A stretch of DNA of 63,142 bases, the filler included, from Dugesia japonica (taxonomy: Eukaryota): NCBI GenBank assembly GCA_001938525.1. It is 6 parts of 6 records of this genome, joined end to end, with 100 filler letters (N's around TTAATTAATTAA, not from the genome) between each part and the next. Parts side by side here need not be neighbours in the genome. Positions count along the whole stretch, not along the records: positions 23,650 to 35,332 come from MQRL01647065.1; positions 35,433 to 45,184 come from MQRL01590612.1; 4 more parts are not named here. The stretch is one strand, 5' to 3'. The notes under the pieces are model-generated. The model did no database searches. It was given only the letters and a program-made list of their open reading frames with translations, and was not told the DNA's origin. Positions 28,049 through 41,600 of the stretch are shown here, in pieces. Within the stretch, counting starts at the first letter, position 1. Each line of letters begins with the position of its first letter. The position numbers and the translations under genes were made by a program.

Positions 28049-28959
28049 AGTAATAATAATATAGTATCCTTTAGTGTGTTTCAAACAGGCAGCAATACAA
28101 AATGAAGGTTTAAACGAATTAATTAATAAATTTTCATATTTCACATTTTCTTAATATTCTTATTTTTATTTCCATTGCTCATTTAATATTATTGTTCTAA
28201 GTATTTTTATGTTTGCTCTTTTTGTTTTATTTTTCAAATTTAGTTTTTTTCTTTATCTGCTCCTTAAATAATGCTTAAATTTAAAAATTTTTATGTTTAA
28301 GTATTATGAGAAATTTTTTTGACATAAAATTCTTCATAACTCTTGTTAAAAAAAACTGTAAAAGAAAAATATAAAAAATATTTTTGAAGTAAAAATCTTT
28401 TGGTTTTACAAATAAAGCTTAGAAAAATCGATAAAAAACTTTCAATTACAAATTATATAATAAATACGATTAAAATTGTAACAATTGACTTTGGTAGTTC
28501 TTAGATGTTTAAAAAAACTAATTTGTAACAACGGTTTCAATTTTCTATTGTGAAAAAAATTAATAATTGGATTATGAAATTAATGTCAAAATTATAGTAA
28601 GTCTACCATTCTATGAACAAAAAAATTGTATTGTTGTTATGACTCCACATTGTTTCATTTACAGAGAAATAATTATCTTATTATCATAATAAAAAATTTA
28701 TTGAAATTTTATATTATCTCTATTTAATTTCAAAAGATGTTGTACCCAATTTGTTGAACTTTCCTTTAAAATTNNNNNNNNNNNNNNNNNNNNNNNNNNN
28801 NNNNNNNNNNNNNNNNNNNNNNNNNNNNNNNNNNNNNNNNNNNNNNNNNNNNNNNNNNNNNAAATTAATTTTCCTCATTTAAATAAATAGTTTATTTAAT
28901 TTCATAATCAATTTTATGGTCAGAGGTGTTTCTTTTTTCATAAAAATAAAAGCTTCGAT

Positions 28960-29130
28960 CAAAGTAATTTTTGTTTTTGTCTCGATTCTGCACAAGTTAG
29001 ACAACAATCTTTTATAGGACAATTCTTACAGAAATGTTCCATTGAACCACAACAAAAACACCTACTGAGATTCAAAATCTCTTCTCTTTGGAGGTGGAAA
29101 ACCTTTGGATTGGTTGTGGTCGCCAGTTAC
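28960..29130 (-). mobile_element. LINE ORF1/gag-type CCHC zinc-knuckle fragment
   Basis: RCFCCGSMEHFCKNCPIKDCCLTCAESR = CX2CX4HX4C plus the start of a second knuckle. Confidence 0.65.
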
Positions 29131-29234
29131 ATCAGTAATAATGGACATCTTGAAATTCGAAAATATATTTATTATTTACACTTTAAATATTTAAACAAAA
29201 CTTCAAGGTCACAATTATTTCCAGCTTGATAGTA

Positions 29235-29268
29235 TTTCGAGTTTTCGACTTTGTCTTTGTCAGGAATT
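29235..29268 (-). ncRNA. Degenerate minimal hammerhead motif, same family as 5948-5980
   Basis: Minus strand aattc-CTGACAA-a-gac(aaa)gtc-GAAA-ac-TC-gaaa; shares the gtcaattc leader; one core G>A change. Confidence 0.6.
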
Positions 29269-30148
29269 GACTTTTTTCTTTAATTTTTTATTAAAATTTA
29301 CAAAATATTTGTTAAAAGCATAAAAAATTCATTAAAACTTCCAAAATTTATTATAATTTACAATTTTGATTTAGTCTATAAATATTTCCGAAAAAAATCC
29401 AAGCATATTTGAACTCTTCATCATTATCATTTGAATGATAAATATTTTGGTATTTCTCGTTTAATTGAGTTTTTCAAATTTTTTAAAATGCTTTTTTGAG
29501 TTAATAAAACCCATCATTTTGTATTTTATCATGCCCTGAGAGTCACTTACAGAGGGACGTTCATTGGTTCCCAAGAAAAACAAGATTTTCTGCATCCAGA
29601 AAACTTTATTTTTAACTTAATTAATTAATTACTACTTAATGTTTTTCGGGTTTTCTGGGAATAAAAAAAAGATATTATATTGCGCCAAAAAGATATTATA
29701 CTCGGGCGTTAGTTATGGTAGCTACGCACTGATCGTTTATAGTTTCATTTTACCGTTTTATTAATTTTAGAAAACCATCAATCATTCAAATGTTTCGAAT
29801 CCTTGAAAAAAATTATTTATTTAAAACAAATTGATAAAACAAATTTGTTTTTTACAAAAAAAACCGGTAAAAGAAATTCTTAAAAATAAGTGTGATTAAA
29901 TCATCATATTTAAGGCGAATTATTTAAGGTCAAATTTAAACTTTAATAAAGTTATGTATGGTTGATTTAGTTTCAAAATTTGATTACTGCTTGTAATGTT
30001 ACTACTGTATTAAAAATGTAAGATGAATTTTTAATTTTAAACTCGCGAAAAAGTTATAGTTGAAAAAATTCTTTTCCCGTATGTTGATTCAACCTTTAAT
30101 TACAATTCTGATTAATTTCAATTTAAAATGCTTACCTTTAATATATTC

Positions 30149-30500
30149 CAGTGGTTCCCACTATTTTTTTCAACAGAGCTACTTTTGAAATATAAGAGCA
30201 ATTGCGATCGACTGGAATAAATTATCGGTATATATGTGATAATAATAACAGTAGGCTTGGATTTTTAAATGTTGCAAACCATACATACTTAACATATAAA
30301 CAAATTTAACATAACGATTTTTAAAATAGTTTGGAAATATGAAACAAAAAAAATAAACAATTATAAAATTTCAAATAGGAAAGAATTATTCTTTTGCCAT
30401 AAAACAGATTGTTGAAAAATTAGTTTTTCTATACATAATTTCATATTCGATGTCGATCGGCTTTAAATTGTTAAGCGATCGACCTTATGGGCACCAATTT
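30149..30500. mobile_element. hAT/Charlie-type non-autonomous element (MITE)
   Basis: 5' CAGTGGTTCCCA terminus, internal GCGATCGAC motifs, 3' TGGGCACC end. Confidence 0.65.
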
Positions 30501-30509
30501 CAATTTTTA

Positions 30510-31170
30510 AATTGGAAGATATTTTTAAACAAAAATGTTGCATTAAACTTTTGAGTGATGAATAAAATTAATGCTAGGAGGACGCTTAAATAATTTAGAT
30601 CAATCACAATTGAGAAAAACTATATTCAAGTAGCATAAGCTCGTCAGCAAATGTCATGAATACAAAAATATGTACATGGTTCTGGTCGTCCATCAACATT
30701 AATAATTGAAGATAAGATCAAAAAAATTTAAAGCAAAGTGATGTAGATCGTCATTTGACTGTGGGAGAGCTTGTTGAAGATGTTGTTATGTCAAAGGTTT
30801 AGTAGTCACATGTTATTTGTCTGAAGCCATTCTTCAAAAGAGACTAGATTTATATGCAGACAAGTCATAAATAGCACATCTGTTCATAATGTAATAGTTA
30901 TTTGCCAGTTTCCCGTCAAACATTCAACGAATTTTGCTCCGCAAGCACGGTATTCTCCAGATATATTTTAGTTGATTAAATAAAAAAATTTGAGGAACCC
31001 TGATTTGAGTCAGTGGAATCAATAAAACAAAATTCAAAGAATGCGATTATTGAAATTTGAAAGATTGAATATAAAAAGAGTTTAGAAAATTTGATTCAGG
31101 GTTAGTAAATGTCTGTAGCAATGGGAGGAGATTACGTTGAAGGAGACAAACGGAATTTGAATGATTAAAT
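30510..31170 (+). mobile_element. Decayed mariner transposase
   Basis: QKCCIKL, GSGRPST..DRHLTVGELVE (HTH region), APQARYSPD (YSPDL motif), GGDYVEGDK C-terminus. Confidence 0.85.
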
Positions 31171-31789
31171 AAATAACTTGTTTCATTTAATTATCAGAAC
31201 ATATGAAAAAGAGGTAACTATTTCTTCGTTGAGTTTCTTACCATAAATTTAGTAAGCATCTCAACAAGGTGTTGTGATTATTTATACTAAGTATAAAAGA
31301 TCTCAACACAGTACTGATGTTAATTATATAATACTTGGGTGATTTGAAAAGTTTGCTAAATGACACAAAGAAAATAATTATAAACAATTCAACAACTTTA
31401 CTAAAAAGCTACATTTGTCATATGATTAACTGTAATATATATTAACAAATTTTCTTAAACGAACATAATTGAAATTCTTGCAAAAATATTATTTTTGACA
31501 AAAAAAAGATATTCAAATAGTAAAATCCATAATGACATAGTATTATAATATAAAAATTAAGTAAAAATACCCGTTCATTTACTAAAGTACATAAATGGTA
31601 AATTGTTATATAAATGTGAATTTTAAATAATAATAATAATACAATTAACAAGATTTTAAATCCTATTCAAAATAAAATAGCAATACTAAATCAAAACAAA
31701 TTCATTTTAATATTTTGAATATTTAATTTTAAATATTCAATAATTTGAGTTTCGATATATTTAAACATTACTATAACTTAAACGTATCA

Positions 31790-34560
31790 CATTCCTTCCT
31801 TTGGTCTTCATGGTTCGAACTCCTTGTCATTCTTTCTGGATAACGTCTTTTGATATCACTCTCAAATGGTCAATCGGATTGTATTGGTAAGGCTGTTTTC
31901 TGTTTACTTCTTACTGATATTTATGTGCTCTATGACTTGTAGGAAAGTACGTCCCTTGATATTCTTTAGATTTGATTGCAATTTCTTTGAATAAATGGGT
32001 TTCTATTTTCATCAAGCAAAGTGTAAGTCCAGTTATTAATTTTCTTTATTACTTTAAATGATCCAATATCACACCTTTTAAAACCAACATGTGCATTATT
32101 TTTTATCAGCACTTTATCATCAATTTTACTTTCATCTCTCCGTTGATATTTGCCATAAAATGCTGCTGTAACTTCATTATGCTCTTCTATATTTTTTCTT
32201 ACATGACCATGAATATTTATAATATTTCTTTTTAATTGTTCTACATATTTATTAGAATTCTTTGTAATGTTCATTTCCCTCCTTCCAGCATTCCCCAAAT
32301 TGATTCTAGGTTTTCGCCCAAATACTATTTCATATGGAGAGTACTTAGTAGTTTTTTGTGTTGTTGTTCGTAATCCATTTCCTTGAAAGCAATGTGAAGA
32401 AGAAAACCTTTTCATGATTCCCAATTGCTTGCAATATTTCTGAATGTACCTTCACTAAAATTACTACTACAATCCAAGTGAATTCAACTAGGTATTCCAA
32501 ACTTGGATATCCAGTTTATTTAAAGAGCTTCACATTTATCATCAGTTGTTATTGTTCGCAATGAAATTAAATATATAAACTTTGCAAAATAATCCTCAAC
32601 TCCAACAATATATTCATAACCATATTACGTTGATTTAAATGATCCTATAATATTTATTGCAATACTTTAAAATGGTTCCTTTTCAGATATTTTCTGTAAT
32701 GGTGCTTTAATTCTTCCATTAATATATTTATGCGCATTACATTGTTTACATTTTGAAAGTTGTTCTCTTATGTTTTTGACAATACTTTACCAATAATACT
32801 CATTTTTGATAACTCCTGTTATTTTCTACACTATTGGAGGTCGAAATTAGTTATCATATTTCCAAATGACAATTTCTTTTTTATGTCTTGGCACAATAAG
32901 AAGATATTTTTGATTCTTTTCTAAATATAGCATCTCACCTCGTATTTTCAGCTACTTTATTTCCTTGGAATACAATTGTATTTCCTTATTTTCCTCTACG
33001 TCAGGAAGTGTTTTCTCGTCTCTTACTAGAGCTTTTAGTATCATTCGTATATTTATATCTTTTCTGTGTTCCCACTCGTCTTCTTTATATATTTTATTTA
33101 TAACCTTTTCTGAATACTTTGTTCCTTTTCTTTATCTGTTGTTTTGTATATTTTAACTTTAGTTTTAATTTTTTGTATATTCTTACTTTACTCCTCGTGT
33201 TTTTTTAAACACTGCTCGCAATCTAGTAATCATGAAAGTGCATCAACATTAATATATTCACGACCTTTTCTAAATTTAATGATCATATCAAAGATTTCCG
33301 ATTCAGCTTTTCGTTGCAGTATTGCAACGTATTCTAGCTATCCCATTAAGCATCCATTTTAAATCTTGTTGATCTTTTCGTACCATTAATTGTGATAACT
33401 TTAGATAGTGCCTAAACCTGAGGACAAACACATGTATTGCCAAAAGTTCTTTTCTTGTGATGCAGTGCTGTCTCTGACGTTTTGTTAGTGTCTTCGATGC
33501 ATAGTATAATACTCGTTCTTTGCGTCTTGTACTTGAGAAAGTACAGTGCCAATTGCGTTGTGAGAAACATCTGTATCTAATTTATATTTTTCATTCTTTA
33601 TTATCAAGACTAGTACTGGCGGTTCTGTTAACTTTTTACGTAGTTTGTAACAATATTTTTTATTTTCATCTGTCCATTGAACTTTAATTTCTATCTGTTT
33701 GCTCTTATTCTTCATAATAGTATCTTAACTTCTTTGTTTGGTTGCAGTTTCTTATAGAATAGTCACCTCCACACCTGTAACATTTTTGATATTGCAGTCT
33801 GTAGCTATATGCCTTTTTATCGCTTTTGAAGGATGTTCTTGTATCTTGTCTACCCACATTTATCCATTTTTATGTTTTTTTCCAGGGCTTTGTGCATTAT
33901 TATTCCTATTTTTATTAAATACATTTAGTGCACGAGATTTGTAGTTGTGTCTCGTTAGTTCGACAATTTCTTTCTTTAGCTTTGCTATTTCAATTTTCAA
34001 ATTCTTTATAGTTTCATTCTATTGACGTATATTAAATAAGACATTTTCATTCATTTTGGTGTTATCTGTACTGGATTAATTTAAGTATCGGCACAGCCTG
34101 GTTAATTTTTTATGGCTATGATTGGTTCCCCTCTTGCAATTATTTTATCTTTTATCAGATGTGTACGTCTTACATCCAATTTATTTACCATGAAAACATC
34201 TTTATTTCTATGTTTTTCTTTTTTTCTACTCTATCTAGTAACGTCATTTTTTCTTCAATTTTTCTATATTTTTTCGTTTTCATATCTTCAGTATTTTTGT
34301 TATCAGAACAATATACTAACATCTTTGCTACCATTTTTTACTCAATAAAATCTTTATTTGTAAATAATATTTTCACTAAATCTTTTACATTTTTAAAATA
34401 AACTTGGATTCCTTCATTTCCACGCCTGTAGTTTATCAAATTTTGAAAACCTTTGATAATATCTTTCTCTTTCTCAAATGCCAAACGTAAAGAAGCCTGA
34501 AACCCTTCAACCTTTTTTTATTTTTACTCGAGCGTCAAAATGCCCAATTCTGGAAACGGT
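31790..34560 (-). mobile_element. Decayed Ty3/Gypsy element (gag, RNase H, integrase)
   Basis: LTEPPVL..YKLDTDVSHNAIGTVLSQVQD; IAINIIGSF..GYEYIVGVEDYFAKF; TTQKTTKYSPYEIVFGRKPR. Confidence 0.9.
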
Positions 34561-36946
34561 CTTGTTATTACTGTTTTCTTACCATTTTATTATTATTATT
34601 TTTATATTATTATTTTTTCTTAAATTTAAATTGTTTTTGTTCATTTTATAAATAATTTTTGGTTGATTTTTCTTTGTTAAATGACATTTAAATATATAAA
34701 ATAATTATCAAAAATATAAATTATTTTTACTATGGTTGAAAATATCAAAAAACAATGACTATTTCCCTATTTGAGACGCACCAGAGTTAAGTTAGGGTTT
34801 TTAAAAATTTTGACACTCCGAGCTCAAAAGGTTCACCATCATTGATTTAGTCTCACATGTTCTAATAATAAAATTTTCACTCATTATAGAATATATTTAT
34901 ATTTTATTCATTTTTTATATAATTTATTATAACAACTATAGTAACAAATTATTTTAAACAGTTATTATACGTTCAATTTAACCTAACACATTCAAATTCT
35001 AAATAGAAAATCTTTACTACTCACATTAGACAATAGTATATCAAAAGCTAAAAAATTACAATGGTAGTTTATTATCCAATAATCAAATATTTTAAAATAA
35101 TATTAATCTAAAGGGAAAATAGATACCAATGTATTTTTAAACAGCTTTTGAATAATGGAAAAAGGAGTTTCAATAAATTAAAACGCGTATGTCCAAAAGA
35201 TTTTCTTAAATTTCTTATCGAATATTCAAGTTTTCGACAAATTAAAGAAATAATTTTGACATACACTTTTTAATTTATTGAAACTTTAAAAATACAATGA
35301 ATGATTTAGTCCAACAATTATTCTGGTAATAANNNNNNNNNNNNNNNNNNNNNNNNNNNNNNNNNNNNNNNNNNNNTTAATTAATTAANNNNNNNNNNNN
35401 NNNNNNNNNNNNNNNNNNNNNNNNNNNNNNNNATAATGACTTAGAACGAAAAACTAAACCTTTTTTAATATTCCTTTTATAAACAGGATCACAAATAATA
35501 AATTCGTTGACTTTGCAGACAATTGATAAAATTTTGGGTGGTAATATTGATGTCGATAAAAAGCTTGAAACTGTGTAAAATAATTCTCAACATGCTAACA
35601 CTTTGTCAAATTGTGCCTCGCCAATTTTATCAGTTATATATTCCTATTCAAATTCTGTTAAAAATTTTGGAAGTTATTTTGGTGTTCGTTGAGACACTGA
35701 TTGAAAAAAATGAAACCAAAATGCATATATTTTCAGTTTTTTTAAAGGGATTTTAAATATATTTTTTCAAATCAATACCTATAAAATTATTTTAAAGTCA
35801 CTAGTATTATCTAAATCATTTATTGTGATGTTTAATTCTTCAAAAATATTGATTTTTACTCTAAAATTATGGTTTCAATAATCATTCCATAAACAAAACG
35901 ATTTTCATAAATAGGATTAAATATTTTTTGTTTAGTTTTTTAATATTGTTTTTTTTATTCAAGTCAATACTGAAACTATTTCATCGATAATTTTAAAATT
36001 ATTTCACTAATCAACTTTTATTACAATGATATTTTCAATATTTTTTATCCTTTAAATTCAAATGATATTATATTGTTTATTTATATTATAAATTGTAGTT
36101 CTTTTTCGTTTACTAAATATTTTTTTTATAATTTTACTTTTAAATCTTTTAATTCTATATTTACAGATTAAAAACCGTATAAATTAAATGCTTACGGATA
36201 ATATAAATATAAATAGGTTTAAGGAACACAATTTTCTTGAAACAAATCTTGACTATGGTTCTTTAAGTTATTGATTTATCTTATAAGTAATTACCGGGAG
36301 AATACATTTGATTAAATTAATCGTATTTATAGAAATCATAACTTTCTAAAATTGAAAATGCGGCGTAAATATAAAATGCTAGTGGGTTTTTAATTCGTTT
36401 TTAAATATTTGTTTCTTGTTTTAGATATTTTTCGGAACTTATTTATAAAGTCAGTTTACCTATGTTGACAATTGTCTATCAAAATTAAATTAAACATGCA
36501 CATGTTTAATTAAAGCTATTTAATTAATTTAAAGTAGAGTTAGTTGATATTATTATTGATACATCAGATTTTATTATTCTAATTATTATCAAAATCTGGG
36601 TTAAATTCTACGAAAAAAGCTACCAAAACTGAATTCATAATCAAAATAATGAATTTTATGTATTCATATTTATGATCTGAAAATATAAACTATAATTATT
36701 ACATGTGTATAAATCATTTATTATAATATTAAAGAAAAAGTATAAAGTATATTTACAATATTAATAATTATACGTATTGACTAACTTATAAATGTGTTAA
36801 CTCTGTAAGTTATCATAATGTCTGCGATTTAAATATATTGACTAAATCAAATTATTATTTTGTCTACTTTATAAATAAACCGACAATTACGATCTAATTT
36901 AATATTTACTTATATTATTAATGTAATAATTAATATACTGATATTA

Positions 36947-36983
<37 letters not shown>

Positions 36984-37796
36984 GATTTTAATAATGATTA
37001 ATTTAAAATGATCGATTCATATTAATAACTTTAGGGTTTGTAATTATTATTTTACAGTTAATTATAAATCACATTGGTCTTTGAAGATTTCATTTCAAAG
37101 CGATTATAAATTTTTGAAAAATTGATATTTATTACTTTTAATTAAATGTTTAGACATTATTAAATAATTATTAAATAATTAATTGAATGATTAGAAAAAT
37201 TAATATAGCAAAACAATTACTTAATATTTGATTTATATACATTTTATAATAGTAACGATAAAAATAATTTTTAATAATAATAATAATAGTTGCAGGATTA
37301 TTTACTAAATTTCCAAATACTAATGTCAAATTTGCTCCGACTATTATGCTGATTAATAAATTAATTAATTTAGTATTTCATTTGTATCCAAATTATTACA
37401 TATTTTTAAAAAAAATTAACTTATTTTTTAAAATAAAATTCTTTACTAAAGATTAAAATTTCCAATTTAAATATTTACAATGTTATAATATTTCTTCAAA
37501 TAATTTTATTACAAATTTTTAAATATCATATTTTTAAAACAATGGTTCAACCATTAAATTTATTAATTCGTTTTTGAAAGTATTACAAAAAAGTTATATA
37601 CTTATAATTAAAATACAAAATACATTTTCATAGTAAATTTTCAAATCTATTAAAAAAAAATTTAAAATTTAATAATTCTATTTTTATAAAAATTAATTCA
37701 ATAATGTCAATATAACTGTTAGAATTTTAATAATTAAAGTTGAATTCTCAAATGATTGAAACTCTTCTTAAATTCTCACTATTATTATTATTATAA

Positions 37797-37840
<44 letters not shown>

Positions 37841-38657
37841 GTAACGTTGAATTGAAATTAAATGTAAAATTATTTGAATACTTTTTATTTCCTTGTAGAT
37901 TATTAATGAAGTTGTTTCTTCTGACTCATTTGTCAATGCTGAGTGAACTGCTGTGAATTACAATGAAAATTGAATTTATATTTAATTTTATTTATTCCAT
38001 TAATTAATAATGATATTAAAAATTTTTGACACCAAACAAAATAAAATGAATAATTTTTCTCACTCAGTATGATTTTCAAATTAATTATAAAAATTTTCAC
38101 AAGACTCTATGATGGTAATTATAATGGGGATATTTTTCTGAACTAATTAACTGTCGAATGTGGGAAACAAATAGGAATTGAGTTGAATATGTGTAGAAAT
38201 TGGCAAAATTAATATTGGTCTCTACACAGCAAATGAGCTTGTTAGTAGGAATTATGGATCATCTTTGTCAAATAGTGATTATTATTGGATTCAACAAGTA
38301 TTGGTCATTGCGCTATTTCTCACAATCGATTCCAGCCATGTTTTCCCGATTAATTAATGACAGATGTTTTTGCAAGCATCTCCGACTAAACTGTCGTAAC
38401 GGATTGATTTCAATGTTGCATTGGTCTGGTAGCAATAGTGGTGATGTCTATATCATCACCACCGGCATCAACACAGTCAACATAATCCTATATGCTTTCT
38501 ACACAGTAGAATGTTTGAATAGCCTTCAGCATACCCATTTTGATATATCACATTTTTTTAATATTTTTTTGTTTAATTTTTGTTGAAATATCGATCGAAT
38601 GTTTGTTTGGTTGTGAATGTATGTGCTGCTTGTCGCTCTGGGGAATTTATTCGATTT

Positions 38658-38688
<31 letters not shown>

Positions 38689-41600
38689 CTTTTATGACAG
38701 ATTAATTTCATGTGTCAATCTTAAATCGATTGTGCTAAACTCTTTTTTCTGTGATATCGGTAATGAAATATTGAGATTTTCTATGTGATTATCGCTGGCT
38801 TTTGTCTTCTCCTGGGAATTTTGTTGACTCAATGGTGTGATGGTAAAATGACGAGTTTAGTTTGTTAAAATATACACTAATCAGCACTAGATCGTGATTA
38901 CATTTAAACTCCGAGTATCACTACAAAATTTTGAATGCACAGGCCAGTGACATATGGCAAACGCGATTTACTAGATTGATAAGATTTGTTTTCATTGAAT
39001 GTTCAATGGTTTTATGGGAGGGAATTTNNNNNNNNNNNNNNNNNNNNNNNNNNNNNNNNNNNNNNNNNNNNNNNNNNNNNNNNNNNNNNNNNNNNNNNNN
39101 NNNNNNNNNNNNNNNNNNNNNNNNNNNNNNNNNNNNNNNNNNNNNNNNNNNNNNNNNNNNNNNNNNNNNNNNNNNNTTTGAAACTTTAATAATGGTAAAA
39201 ATTTCCAAAATTTTTATTTCGAAAATAAATTTTAAAAAATACAAATGTTTTATAAAGTTGAATTTTTATAAATTTTCAGGCAAGCGAAAATTGATATTTT
39301 AGTTAAGTTAAGTAATTTATAATATTAATTGCTGTCCAAATATTTATTTATATTTTCTTAATTTATATTTATGTAAGCTTTCTGCTTTACCTCCTCGAAA
39401 ATGACCTAGTCGAGAATATATCCTTTCTCCGACGATTCTGAACTAATTAAATTTAGAAAAAATAACTTATAAGTCGAATTTAGTAATTCCAATTTAAATT
39501 CTAAATGAAAATTTAATACTTCGAAGATAAAATTTTAAAATATTTTAAAAAATAATACATCTAATAAATTCAATTATTTGAGGAACTAATCAGTATTAAT
39601 TTTCTTTTAATATTTTTACGCAATAATTTAAATTAATCATTATTTAATAGTCTCTATAAATGTAAATTTGTAGTTGCAACAATTATTTTGTTCATTCCGT
39701 ATGTAATGATTTTACATCATTCTGGTATAGATTTTTATTTATCGATTTTCATTCTTAATTTTGTAGGTCAATTTAAGTAATAAATCGTGACATTACATAG
39801 TTGATAAAATAAGTGTTTTACTTACATGAAATGTTACATTGTTAGTAATGATCAGTGATGTCCTGCGAATTTCGTGTATTCATATCTTCATATTAGATTT
39901 TGATATTCAGTACCTTTATTTTGAAACTAAAAATTAGAATTTGTTATTTAAAAAGATGTTGGATAAGCTTTAATTTGTCGTCCAAAAGAAATAATTGAAT
40001 AGTAATAAATATGGAATATATGGTGTTAAATTCATGGTAATGATTCACTAACAAGTAACTTTTATATAATATAGTAGTGAATAAATGAATCATTTTGTAT
40101 CGAATTTGTATCGAAAATCGAGTTATTAGTTAGCACATTATATAACCAAAACCCATCGTTAATTGGTTCAATGATTGCTTATTTCCACATGGCAAATTCA
40201 ATAGCGAGTTAACTTTATGACCTAAATTTTGGATTACGACTTTTAATATTTTGTCTAATGACAATCGTCAATCATTTTCCCCCGATAATAATTATGTCTT
40301 GATAAAATACTTTCTAGTACTGAGCAAATGCAATTGGTGCTTGCTATTTTTTATATAAAATTTTATTGGGATTTCAGTTTATATTTCTATGCTCGCTATT
40401 TTTGTCTCTTCGATTTTTCTACAACCATTAATCCTTCTAACGCACCGAATTAATGACGGATTTTATGAACTAGCAATTCATTGATTGATTCAACAAGAGT
40501 CTCGGTTAAGTCCAAATATTAAGAATCTTAATTGCATTTCTCATCTATGTTTTATCGGTAAATTATTAATAATTAAATCCATTTGATTTTTTTATTTTTC
40601 AATAATGAATTTTATAAGTATTGATTATTTACTTGGTTTTTAATTAATTAATTAATGAAATTTTTATTTGGTGTATTGATTTTTTTATTGATTTTTTACT
40701 TTATTAAAAAACCTTTTTCTAATTAAAAATTTGATTAATAACATTATTAGTTAAACTTTATTTATATTAGGAATTTGTTATTTTCTCAAATGTTTTTATG
40801 TGTAAATATCAATAAATTATCACTTTTTTAACATGTCAAAATCTTTAAAAAATTTTAGTAAAATATAGAAATGTATCATGAAAAATAATAAAAAACAGAC
40901 TAATTATTCTTATAAAGGCAAATAACGTAAATCTATTAATAAACTTTTTACATAATACAAAATTAAAAAATTAATTAAAATATAATAAAATCAAGCCAAA
41001 TAATATGACCAAACAATTCCAATAGAATAATAATTTTAATACAAATTATAAAGTTAAAAATCTTTATTTAAATTTTACAAAACCCATAGAAAATGTTTCT
41101 AAATAAGGATAAAAGAATTGCTGCATGGTTAATGAAATACATGTAATGCAATCATTATAGCGGCGTACATTTTGAATAATTTTCTCGTGTTGGTAAAGTT
41201 TTTGATATTTCAACCCATATTTTGCAAATAATCATATAGTTTCTCCCTACTGTTTTTTTCAAAATTTTTAAATATGTTTTAATTATTAATTGAATTTTCT
41301 TTTACTATAATAATTATAATTAGATTTTAAAAAAATATTAATCGAACTACAGTATAAATTTATTTTTTAGCTTTAACGATTTTTTTTGTCTAAAATCAAT
41401 AATTTTTTAATTAATAGAATTTTTTTAAAAGTAATGAAGTTAATTTTGCTTTATTTTGTCTATTAATTTGGCAATTAATTTCAAATGATTTTTTTAAAAT
41501 ATCTTCGACAAATATTTTGAAATTGTAATCAAATGGCTTCAGTGTTATTTTTCTATAATTGCCTAGATTGGAGGTTTACATCTTTGTTGAGTTATAAAAA

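Noticed and set aside
24089-28144. Poly-Ile/Tyr/Leu/Asn ORFs and X-rich ORFs in the ORF track
   Set aside because: Translations of (AAT)n microsatellites and N gaps
38200-38830. 128-aa ORF and neighbouring ORFs in a slightly GC-richer island
   Set aside because: Non-ATG start, no recognisable motif or convincing exon structure on either strand; more likely non-coding or regulatory (likewise 43980-44720)
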